A stretch of DNA of 64,000 nt from an uncultured Methanosarcinales archaeon (GTDB taxonomy: Archaea > Nanobdellota > Nanobdellia > Woesearchaeales > DSVV01), in assembly GCA_964556185.1 (NCBI GenBank), contig CAZKVI010000003.1, forward strand, positions 2,089 through 66,088, read 5' to 3'. Made by a program: the position numbers and the translations under genes. Shown here piece after piece: positions 52,470 to 60,893 of this stretch. Numbering within the stretch: position 1 is the stretch's first letter; the number at the start of each line of letters is the position of its first letter. Under the pieces are notes generated by a model, which saw only the letters and a list, made by a program, of their open reading frames with translations, searched no databases and was not told the origin of the DNA.

Positions 52470-53072
52470 ATGCAGTGGAAAAAACTATCTCCATACATAT
52501 TATCTTTCTTTGTGTTACTTACAGCAGTTTATGCAAGAACTAGGTTTCCAACAGGAGAATTAAGAGATGTTATGAATGTATTTGGAGATATTTACAACCA
52601 AGCACCATATTTAGTTGATGCATTAGTATTATTAATTATATTTGTACCTTTAGCAAGGAAGATCCTAGGAGAAAGACTAGGTAAAGTCCCAGCAACAGGC
52701 TTAGGATTTTTATTAGTGCTTTCAGTTATTGTTTCAGAAGCAAAATTCGATTATAGTATTATTAGGGATTTTAGTATTCCAGCAGTTATAATCTTATTAT
52801 CAATGTTTGGAATTAGTTTATTTGTTATGTTAAAACAATTTGATGCAAATACTTGGTTAGCAGTCAGTGCTGGTTGGGTAGCTGTTGTCGTAGTATCTTA
52901 TTTTGCAGTCCCAGATGTTGTTGAAATGATACAAAGAGATTATGAAGTCATTTGGTGGTTTTTAATTGTATTAACTGGATTTTTTATACTTGCATTTGTT
53001 TTTAGTATGTTCTTTGGCGGTGGCGGAGGGGGCCATCATGAACCAGCAGCTCCAGCAGCACCTCATCCTTAA
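52470..53072 (+). CDS. multi-pass membrane protein with a Gly/His/Pro tail
   Basis: Signal or first TM helix, then 'IYNQAPYLVDALVLLIIFVPLARK'. It ends 'GGGGGGHHEPAAPAAPHP'. It is a paralog of the next gene. Confidence 0.5.
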   Translation: MQWKKLSPYILSFFVLLTAVYARTRFPTGELRDVMNVFGDIYNQAPYLVDALVLLIIFVPLARKILGERLGKVPATGLGFLLVLSVIVSEAKFDYSIIRDFSIPAVIILLSMFGISLFVMLKQFDANTWLAVSAGWVAVVVVSYFAVPDVVEMIQRDYEVIWWFLIVLTGFFILAFVFSMFFGGGGGGHHEPAAPAAPHP

Positions 53073-53150
53073 TTACTTTTAGTATAAAATCAAACTAAAC
53101 ATTTATATATACTATTTCTTAGAAATTATACTATTGTGGGTAATCAATTA

Positions 53151-53192
53151 AACTTTCCGAAGGAAAGCAAGAAGTCGATGAGACTTCTGTGG
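53151..53192. repeat. copy of the 42-nt double-hairpin module at the 5' end of gene 53178
   Basis: 'aaCTTTCCgaaGGAAAGcaAGAAGTCgATGaGACTTCTgtgg'. ATG 53178 lies in the loop of the second hairpin. Confidence 0.7.
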
Positions 53193-54143
53193 AAGAGGAT
53201 AATATTAGTTTTATCTATATTTCTTGCTACATTGCAGACTACTCTAGCTTATTCTTGGAGTGAGTTTGTAAGCACAACAATGAAAATATACAATGCTCAA
53301 GCAGATTTCTTTTCTAATATATTTAATGCAGCACCTCCTTTATTCCATGCACTCTTTTATTGGCTTTTTATCTATATTGCAATCTTCAGAAAATATGTAA
53401 AACCAAAATTAGGAGCAGGTTTTGCATTGGGAATGCCTGTTTTATTAGCTCTTGGGGTTGTTACAGCTGAACGCTTAACAGGAGTAAGCTTTTTTTGGAT
53501 GTTTTTAATCTTTTTTGGAATATATAAAACATTGTTTGTAATTCTTGCATTCAGAAAAGCTAATTTTCCAGTAATTTTAATTGGATCATTAGCTTTTATT
53601 ATTGCATTTGTTCTTTTATTATTTTACCAACCAGCATGGTTTATTGATTTTAGACAAGATCATCCACTTATTATGTTATTAGGATATATTTTGTTTGCAA
53701 TCTTTTCAATAATTACTTTATTTGGTGCTTTTAGATACATAATTGGTGGAGGTTATAGTAATATTCAATGGCCACCTCCATTTAGACAAACATATAAAGA
53801 TTTATATGGTGATCCAGGATCCTCCTCCTCTTCAGGTCAATCAACACCAAATATGTCAAGATTACATAGAAAAGCTGAAAAGTTTCTTGCAAATTCTGCA
53901 GAATACGCTGCTGCAGAACAAAAGTATGCACAAATGAATGCATCACAAAGAGCAAAAGTAGAAAAAGATATGCAAGATAGTCGAATTTCTTTGATAGCAA
54001 GGGGAACTGCAATAAGAAATCATAAAAAATATGAAAGAGATGTTCCACAAGATGTTAAACATAGATTTGAAACAGCATTTAATGCTATTATGACTCAAGG
54101 TGGCTCACATGGTGGAGCAGGTGGCGGAGGCCCTGGCCATTAA
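53178..54143 (+). CDS. multi-pass membrane protein with a helical cytosolic tail, paralog of 52470
   Basis: ATG 53178 gives the signal-like 'MRLLWKRIILVLSIFLATLQTTLA'. 'IFNAAPPLFHALFYWLFIYIAIFRK' parallels the upstream paralog. It ends 'GGSHGGAGGGGPGH'. The listed GTG 53136 start is less likely. Confidence 0.5.
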   Translation: MRLLWKRIILVLSIFLATLQTTLAYSWSEFVSTTMKIYNAQADFFSNIFNAAPPLFHALFYWLFIYIAIFRKYVKPKLGAGFALGMPVLLALGVVTAERLTGVSFFWMFLIFFGIYKTLFVILAFRKANFPVILIGSLAFIIAFVLLLFYQPAWFIDFRQDHPLIMLLGYILFAIFSIITLFGAFRYIIGGGYSNIQWPPPFRQTYKDLYGDPGSSSSSGQSTPNMSRLHRKAEKFLANSAEYAAAEQKYAQMNASQRAKVEKDMQDSRISLIARGTAIRNHKKYERDVPQDVKHRFETAFNAIMTQGGSHGGAGGGGPGH

Positions 54144-54176
54144 CCAGGACATTAAAATAAAGAAAAGAGGGAATAA

Positions 54177-55388
54177 ATGGGAATAAGAGATCTTTTTGAA
54201 TCACATCTACAAAGAGTCTTTGAAGATGCAATGGCTAAAGTAGAAGAAGATCTAGAATACTTAGAACAAGAAATAGCTAAAATAAAAGCTAGAGCAGAGA
54301 AAAAAAGACAATTAATTTTACAAGCACAACAATCTGGTCAATATACAGAAGCTCAAGCAGCAGAGCAATTAAGATTTGTAAATGGCAAAGAAGAAAGAGA
54401 ACTAAATAGATTAAGGCAAGGTTTGGATTTAGTTGATGGAACTACCCCAGAAAAAGAAACAGCAGCAAAAGCAGAAATCCCTCGAAGAAAAGAATTTGAT
54501 TCTTTAAGTCATCAAGTTGAAGGTTGTGCAGATGATGCAGAACATACTTTAGCTAAAACTAGAAAATATCTAAATTACTTAAAATCACTTTTGGTTCTAA
54601 GAGTTAGAGAAACACATGAAATTGAAGCAGATATGCAAAAAATAAGAACTCTACTTTCAAATTTTCAACATGCAACGGAATCTGAACAATTAAAACAAGA
54701 TTCAACAAGAATGCAAAAAATAAAACACAATGCTCTTAAAGAATTAGAGGTACTTATAATGCAAGCATCTCATTTTCTTAAATTAGAAGAAAGAGCAGAG
54801 AGAAAAGTAGTAAGAATTGAGAGAAGAATCTTTAGCACAGAAGCAGATTTTGAAAAAGCAGACCAACAATTACAACAATTTATTCTTAAAACAGAATATT
54901 TTATTAAACAAGCATGGCATAATCAACAAGCTTATCAAAAAGCAGAACAACAATTTGGTCAATTAAACTCAGCTTTACATTCCCTGAATGATGATTTTAT
55001 TAATGTTTATAGGCCATTATTAGCAATGACAAAAAAAGTTTATCTAAGAGAACAAAGAATGGAATCTGCATTAAAACAAGTAAGGAACATGGTAGAAACA
55101 TTAGATACTTCATCTAATCAATTACAAAATGCACAAACTTTTAGAAGATTATTTGAACAACTTAGTTTAATTGAACAAGTTTTACAACAAGAAATGGGTA
55201 CTGGTTCTATCCAAGAGTTCTTTCCAGGAATACAAGGAGAAGTGCGAGCATTAAGAAGAGCTGAACAAGATATAGATAGAATGATCCAAGTTCTTGAACA
55301 AATAAATTCTATATTTGATGAATTAAGAAAAATGGAACTTGAAGCAATACAACAACAATCTCCTGAATTAATAGAGCTAGCAGCATAA
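54177..55388 (+). CDS. Q/E/R-rich all-helical coiled-coil protein
   Basis: 403 aa. SD 'agaggga'. No TM segment and no recognisable family. Confidence 0.5.
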   Translation: MGIRDLFESHLQRVFEDAMAKVEEDLEYLEQEIAKIKARAEKKRQLILQAQQSGQYTEAQAAEQLRFVNGKEERELNRLRQGLDLVDGTTPEKETAAKAEIPRRKEFDSLSHQVEGCADDAEHTLAKTRKYLNYLKSLLVLRVRETHEIEADMQKIRTLLSNFQHATESEQLKQDSTRMQKIKHNALKELEVLIMQASHFLKLEERAERKVVRIERRIFSTEADFEKADQQLQQFILKTEYFIKQAWHNQQAYQKAEQQFGQLNSALHSLNDDFINVYRPLLAMTKKVYLREQRMESALKQVRNMVETLDTSSNQLQNAQTFRRLFEQLSLIEQVLQQEMGTGSIQEFFPGIQGEVRALRRAEQDIDRMIQVLEQINSIFDELRKMELEAIQQQSPELIELAA

Positions 55389-55389
55389 A

Positions 55390-57348
55390 ATGAAAAACAA
55401 ACTTATTCTTATAATTTGTATCTCAATCTTTTTAATAATTCCATTATTTTCCACAATATCTTTTGCACAAGCTGGCCATTTAAAATTATTAGCAGTAACT
55501 TCTGAGACTAAAGGTGTAGAAGCAAACCTTGATTTAAGACTAATGCCAGGTACTGGAAGTGTTTTTATTGCAACATCTCCTTTAACAAAAATAGATACAC
55601 AATTATCTACAAGATTTGCTAAAGATATTGCATGCAAATTCCTCGAGAAGGATTGTTCAAATTTAGATTTCTTTTATACAATAACAAGTAATGCATCTAT
55701 TGTTGGTGGCCCAAGTGCAGGTGCAGCAATAAGTGCTTTAACAATAGCCTTACTTGAGGGCTATGAATTAGATGAAAGCTTTACAATAACAGGAACAATT
55801 AATTCAGGTGGTCTAGTCGGAAGTGTAGGTGGCTTAAAACCTAAAATAGAAATTGCTTCAAAAATTGGAGTAAAGAAAGTTTTAATACCTGCAGGAGAAA
55901 GATTTATCATAAATGAAACAATTATTTCTTTAAACACCACTGGATCAAATGCAACATTAAATTCATCAATCAATAATATTAACAATACAAACACTAATAA
56001 TAACACAACAAACACCAATTCAACACTTACTGCAACTATAAACAATACAATTGATTTATACGAATTTGGTAAAGAATTTGGAATAGAAGTAAAAGAAGTT
56101 GCAAATTTATATGATGTTATGTATGAATTTACAAATATAACTTATGAACAACTCTCAGGAGAAATCACACCAGATGATTGGTATATTGAAACAATGAGAA
56201 ATATTTCTAATGATCTTTGCGAAAGAAGCAATAACTTACAAAATGAACTTACTACACCTGAAAACACATCTAGTGATTACTTGTTTTACTCAACAGGATT
56301 AAATTTAACACAAAATGCAGAATCTGCATTATCTGAACAAGATTATTACTCAGCAGCATCATTTTGTTTTGGAGCAGCAGGTAAATTTGGTTATTTATTT
56401 CTAAAAAAACAAAATATGACAAACAATGAAACCTTAATAATACTTAATGAAACAAATGGTTCTATTGATTCAATAAGACAAAAAATAAACAATATTAATT
56501 TACAAACAATCACAGATATTCAAACTTATGTTATTGTAAATGAAAGATTAAAAGAAGCAGAGAACACATTAACTCTTGTTAATGATGCTCTTCAAGAATA
56601 TATTAATATGACTTTAACTTTAACAAATGCTAATATAACAGAAACAAATAACACAAAACAACAACTTGAACAAGTTCATGATATACTTTTACAAAAATTA
56701 GCTTATTCAATAGAAAGATTAAATAGTGCAGTTGCCTGGAGTAGCTTTTTCAATAAACCAGGTTCTACTTTTAACTTTAGCCCAGAATCTATTCATCAAT
56801 CATGTATAATAAAACAAAAAGAAGTAGAAGAAAGAATAAACTATATTCAAATTATTACTCTATTAGGTTTAGAAGGTGTAAAACAAGGTTTAGATGATGC
56901 AAAACAAGAAGAAAAAAGAGGTAATTTTATTCTTTGTCTTTTCAAAGCATCTAAAGCAAAAGCAGAAGCAGATACTGTAATGAGTATGATTGGAGCTAAA
57001 GAAGACTCAATTCAAGGTATTATTGATACAAGATTAACATTAGCTACAGATGTTATACTAAAACAACAACGCCAAGCTAGTTTCCCAATATTTGGTTATA
57101 GTTATTATGAATATGCAAAGACATTACAAATTGATGATCCTAGTTCTGCTTTGATATATTCTCATTATGCTCTTGAATTAAGTAACCTTGATATGTACTT
57201 TGAAAAAGAGCTTGATTTAGCTACTTTAGATACAGAGCTAACTAAAGATCCTGGCAATACATTCTATTTTATAATTGGATTTATTCTAGGAATATTAGTA
57301 ACAATACTCTATGTAATGAATTTTAAACCAAAGAAATCAAAAAAGTAA
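55390..57348 (+). CDS. secreted, C-terminally anchored protein with a Lon-type (S16) protease domain and no ATPase domain
   Basis: Signal peptide, then 'IVGGPSAGAAISALTIALLEG...TITGTINSGGLVGSVGGLKPKIEIASKIGVKKVLIPAGE' (Ser-Lys dyad context). An N/T-rich linker 'NNTNTNNNTTNTNST' follows, then a C-terminal TM helix and 'KPKKSKK'. Confidence 0.65.
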   Translation: MKNKLILIICISIFLIIPLFSTISFAQAGHLKLLAVTSETKGVEANLDLRLMPGTGSVFIATSPLTKIDTQLSTRFAKDIACKFLEKDCSNLDFFYTITSNASIVGGPSAGAAISALTIALLEGYELDESFTITGTINSGGLVGSVGGLKPKIEIASKIGVKKVLIPAGERFIINETIISLNTTGSNATLNSSINNINNTNTNNNTTNTNSTLTATINNTIDLYEFGKEFGIEVKEVANLYDVMYEFTNITYEQLSGEITPDDWYIETMRNISNDLCERSNNLQNELTTPENTSSDYLFYSTGLNLTQNAESALSEQDYYSAASFCFGAAGKFGYLFLKKQNMTNNETLIILNETNGSIDSIRQKINNINLQTITDIQTYVIVNERLKEAENTLTLVNDALQEYINMTLTLTNANITETNNTKQQLEQVHDILLQKLAYSIERLNSAVAWSSFFNKPGSTFNFSPESIHQSCIIKQKEVEERINYIQIITLLGLEGVKQGLDDAKQEEKRGNFILCLFKASKAKAEADTVMSMIGAKEDSIQGIIDTRLTLATDVILKQQRQASFPIFGYSYYEYAKTLQIDDPSSALIYSHYALELSNLDMYFEKELDLATLDTELTKDPGNTFYFIIGFILGILVTILYVMNFKPKKSKK

Positions 57349-57406
57349 TATCTATATTAGTTATTCTAAAAAGCTCTAAATAATCTTCTTTTAACTAGAA
57401 ACGGTT

Positions 57407-57518
57407 AAAAAACCCCGCAAACACTCCCGAAGGAATGTTTGCGCGGGAAAAAGAGGTGATCGTGATTGTTATCTGGCCAATGGCCAATAAATCCCCAAAT
57501 TAGCTTAAGATACCTACT
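57407..57518 (-). ncRNA. candidate small RNA (~112 nt) with its own BRE/TATA and a hairpin plus U6 terminator
   Basis: On the minus strand, 'GGAAAGGTTTAAATA' (57555-57541) lies 22 nt upstream of the predicted start. The 3' end is 'CCCGCGCAAACAUUCCUUCGGGAGUGUUUGCGGGG' followed by UUUUUU. No ORF is present. Confidence 0.35.
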
Positions 57519-57658
57519 TCATTTATTAAGACCATAATCATATTTAAACCTTTCCATTCTAGAGTGGTGACATTTGTTTAGGAGTTTAGAGTGAACTTGG
57601 GATACATACTTCATGTTACCGGAAAATTTATATACCTTATTTCAGAGAAATAAGACTT

Positions 57659-58192
57659 ATGGCCACTGGTAAGAATGTCGACAGAAGTTTATTACAAGTT
57701 GTACGTTATAGGGGTATTTTTGATATAGAAGCAGTCTATAAAGCTGTATATGATTGGTTGAGATCAAGAGGTATGGAAGTCCAAGAAACAAAATTCAAGA
57801 CATATGATAGGGCATATGGAAGAGAACATCAAATTAAATGGAGTGCTTGGAATAATGAAACTGACTTTGTAAAAAATTGGATATTTATCACATGGAGATT
57901 TATTGATGTTGTAGAATTAGAAGTAGTTAAAGATGGAAAAAAGAAAAAGTTAAGTAAATGTCAAGCAGATATTAGAATTCAACACGCAATGGAGTTTGAT
58001 TATAGTGAACGTTTTACAAAAACAGTGTACCAAATCCGCGCATTGGAATTTATTACAGGTTGGTTATTTAGAAAAAAGATAGATACTTTATGGGAAGATA
58101 AGTTAAGGTTTAAATGTTATGAATTGCAAAATGTTGTAAAAGAAACATTAGAAGCTCAAACAAAAGGTAATGAGCATTATGATGTATGGTAA
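57659..58192 (+). CDS. hypothetical protein, tandem paralog A
   Basis: The leaderless promoter 'ccggaaaatttatata' lies 24 nt upstream. It shares the 'W(L)R.(R/K)G...E..W.....V...V.V..DG.KKKL' pattern with the next ORF. Confidence 0.5.
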   Translation: MATGKNVDRSLLQVVRYRGIFDIEAVYKAVYDWLRSRGMEVQETKFKTYDRAYGREHQIKWSAWNNETDFVKNWIFITWRFIDVVELEVVKDGKKKKLSKCQADIRIQHAMEFDYSERFTKTVYQIRALEFITGWLFRKKIDTLWEDKLRFKCYELQNVVKETLEAQTKGNEHYDVW

Positions 58193-58214
58193 TTAGATAA
58201 ACAAAGGTATTAAT

Positions 58215-58715
58215 ATGGTCGAGAGAAGAATTGTTGTAGATACAATGAGGATGCATTACCAAGGTCTTCTTAATGTAGTTGAATTTATGGAATTTGTAGA
58301 TCGTTGGCTTCGTGAAAAAGGTTATTATAAAAAAATTGGCAGAACAGATGAAAAAGTTTTCAAAGAAAACAGACAAGTAGAAATTGAATGGGAACCTTGG
58401 AAAAAAGTTGATGAAAATGCAAAAATAGTTATTCAAATGAAATTCTTATTCACAAATGTAAAAGATGTTGTTGTAGAAAAAGACGGAATGAAGAAAAAAC
58501 TTCAACAAGCCAAGATCTCAGTTACAATGATGGGACTTATGGAATCAGACTGGGAACACAAATGGGAAAAAAGACCTTTTTACTTCTTATTCTTCTCAGT
58601 TATTGATCAGTTTGTCTGGAAAATTCATTCTGATAAGTACTTTGGTTTAGTAGCAGAAGACTGCACAGAACTAAGAAACGAAATGAAAGCTTTCTTGAAT
58701 TTGTATAGGTTCTGA
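58215..58715 (+). CDS. hypothetical protein, tandem paralog B
   Basis: 166 aa, 22 nt downstream of paralog A. The order of conserved residues is the same. Confidence 0.5.
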   Translation: MVERRIVVDTMRMHYQGLLNVVEFMEFVDRWLREKGYYKKIGRTDEKVFKENRQVEIEWEPWKKVDENAKIVIQMKFLFTNVKDVVVEKDGMKKKLQQAKISVTMMGLMESDWEHKWEKRPFYFLFFSVIDQFVWKIHSDKYFGLVAEDCTELRNEMKAFLNLYRF

Positions 58716-58773
58716 GTCACAATACAAACATTTTTAAATATTCTAAATTTCATTTGAAAAAGACCAGATATTT

Positions 58774-58938
58774 GTGGGGGTAGCCCGTAAGAAGATTCTT
58801 TGGGTTCCCTAGAGCAAAGTCTGGTCAAATGCGCAGGACTTAAGATACACTGAAGACAGCCTTCACGGCAAAGTCTTTGTTTTGAATTAGACATCCTGTC
58901 ACTTAGTGTGTTCGGGGGTTCGAATCCCCTCCCCCACA
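58774..58938 (+). tRNA. tRNA-Leu(UAA) with two introns (about 31 nt in the D arm and 48 nt at 37/38)
   Basis: Acceptor GTGGGGG/CCCCCAC with A73. D arm TAG[intron]CAAAGTCTGGTCAAATGC. Anticodon stem CAGGA/TCCTG with loop CTTAAG|A. Variable arm TCACTTAGTGTGT. T arm GGGGG-TTCGAAT-CCCCT. Confidence 0.8.
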
Positions 58939-59035
58939 TTTTATTCTTTATTTTCTATTTTATGTGCGTACTGCTTTGCAAAGCAAATGCAGTACTCGCT
59001 GACTTTTTCCCAAGTTTTTACGAACGTAAAAAGCT

Positions 59036-59058
59036 GGTGGGGATCATCCTCCCCCACA
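59036..59058 (+). pseudogene. tRNA-Leu mini-helix remnant
   Basis: 'GTGGGGATCATCCTCCCCCACA' retains the acceptor 5' strand, a T-loop remnant and the acceptor 3' strand. 'cctcccccacatttt' repeats 58928-58942 exactly. Confidence 0.45.
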
Positions 59059-59083
59059 TTTTCTTTTTGATTTTGATTAAGAA

Positions 59084-60844
59084 TTAAGGTTCAGTTGGTT
59101 CATCTAGTGATGCACTTGTTTCTAAGCCACTTCTTCTTAAACCTTTAAGAGTATAAGTTGGATCTTCAAGATAACTCTCACACTGTGCTTTAATTCCAAG
59201 AGCAGCCATAAGCATTTTATCTTTATCATCGTAAATTTCTCTAATAGAATCTCTATCTTTCATTGTTCTTGGATTAAATACTTCTGATAAAATTCCATCA
59301 AAAGAAAATTCATCTGCTGATTCAGATTGTTCTGTTACTTCACCAAATCCTCCTTTTGCTTTATAAGTTTCATAAAGCCTATGGATTTTATAAACTTTAT
59401 AATGGCTTAAGGAAGAAGAATCACTTGTATGGTAAGAACACAAATGATCAATTATTTGGTTTGTTTCTTCTAAAGTTTTTCTTACTAATACAAAGTTTTG
59501 AACATCTGGAATTTCACGACCTTCTTCGGCTTTCCATCTTCTGTAAGCATTTACAAGAATAACATTTTTGTATAATCTGTATAATCTTTCAAATCCTGCA
59601 TAATATTTTGTTCCTTTTCTAACATTTATTATTGGGTGTTTTTCAGCTAATGCATTTGCTCTTTCCTTTAATTGAGTTCTTATATCTCTTGTCCCATGTA
59701 AATCTTGTCCACTATATGCTGCAATAATTTCATCATAAGTTATTTCTTCAATTGACTCACCATCATCAGTTAATCTTTTTCTTTTCTTACTTCCATGTTC
59801 TCGTCTGCGAATTTCATCAGTATTTGCATGACAATCTGCAAACTTAACCATTATAGCTCTTTCTATATCTTCTTCTTTTATTGCTCTCTCTTTTCCTCCC
59901 CAACAAATTATTCCATCCCAGTCACTAGGTCTAAATATTTTGTTTACAGAATCATAATAATTTTGTTTAGTCCCCTTTGTCAAAAGATAACTAGTAACAG
60001 CAACTCCTCCAATCATTTCAACCATTGTACTATCAATAGCACCACCAAGGTCTTTCATGTAATTTTCTAAACAATTATAAATCCCATGATCGACAAAAAT
60101 ATCAGCTACTCTTTCCCCTTTTGTCATTAATTTACCTCTAACTTCAGATTTCTCTGAGAAACCATGTTTTCTTATTTCATCCCTCTTTTCTTGGATAAAT
60201 TTCTTCTTCTCAATAATTTCTTCTTCAACTCCCTCTAGTTCTTCCATTCTTTCTGCAACCTTTGCTTTATAACCATCTCTTCTTTTCCCTTCTAATTGTT
60301 TAATACTTCTTGTTAAGAAACCATGTCTTTCTATCAATCCACCAAGTTCTTCATGTTCAGCCATATTATAAATTCTAACAGTGTCTCTGATATAATGATC
60401 AATAAATTCTTCAGCAGTATCATGATATAATGCTGCAATAATTGTTGTAAGATCAGTAACACCAGCTTTGATGAGTGTTCTTGTAACTCTTAGTGGATGT
60501 TGTACAAAAGGTGCTCCTGTTAATTTTCTATCTGGTGCAATTCTATATTTCTCAAAACTATCATACAATGCAACTTTTAAGAATGTTTGTTCATCATCTT
60601 CTAAAGCAGAATAAGCTTCTTCTTGACCTCTATAAAGCATTCCAACAACGCTTTCGAGTTTTTCTTCTTTGTCTTTAAAATCAACTTTAAAGCTATCATC
60701 AGAATCTTTGTTTGTAAAGAAAGCAACCATTCCATGATCTATTCGACTTAAATAAAGCTCATTTCTTCCAATAAGCCTTTCAAGATTTACATGGCCACTA
60801 TGTGGACTTGGACTAACACCCATCTTCTCTTCAAATAATCTCAA
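59084..60844 (-). CDS. HD-domain protein with a RelA/SpoT-type (p)ppGpp-hydrolase-like motif and a long unknown C-terminal region
   Basis: 'FVQHPLRVTRTLIKAGVTDLTTIIAALYHDTAEEF' matches HPLxV...G.D..tI.AALLHDxxED. Confidence 0.6.
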   Translation of the reverse strand: MRLFEEKMGVSPSPHSGHVNLERLIGRNELYLSRIDHGMVAFFTNKDSDDSFKVDFKDKEEKLESVVGMLYRGQEEAYSALEDDEQTFLKVALYDSFEKYRIAPDRKLTGAPFVQHPLRVTRTLIKAGVTDLTTIIAALYHDTAEEFIDHYIRDTVRIYNMAEHEELGGLIERHGFLTRSIKQLEGKRRDGYKAKVAERMEELEGVEEEIIEKKKFIQEKRDEIRKHGFSEKSEVRGKLMTKGERVADIFVDHGIYNCLENYMKDLGGAIDSTMVEMIGGVAVTSYLLTKGTKQNYYDSVNKIFRPSDWDGIICWGGKERAIKEEDIERAIMVKFADCHANTDEIRRREHGSKKRKRLTDDGESIEEITYDEIIAAYSGQDLHGTRDIRTQLKERANALAEKHPIINVRKGTKYYAGFERLYRLYKNVILVNAYRRWKAEEGREIPDVQNFVLVRKTLEETNQIIDHLCSYHTSDSSSLSHYKVYKIHRLYETYKAKGGFGEVTEQSESADEFSFDGILSEVFNPRTMKDRDSIREIYDDKDKMLMAALGIKAQCESYLEDPTYTLKGLRRSGLETSASLDEPTEP

Positions 60845-60893
60845 TTAATATTTAAATCTTCCCAACATTAACCACTATAAAGTGGAATAGAAA

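Noticed and set aside
57460-57500. Tiny plus-strand ORF after 'agaggtgatc' (GTG..., 13 codons).
   Set aside because: The SD abuts the start codon with no spacer, and the peptide is very short. The region is better explained as part of the minus-strand sRNA candidate.
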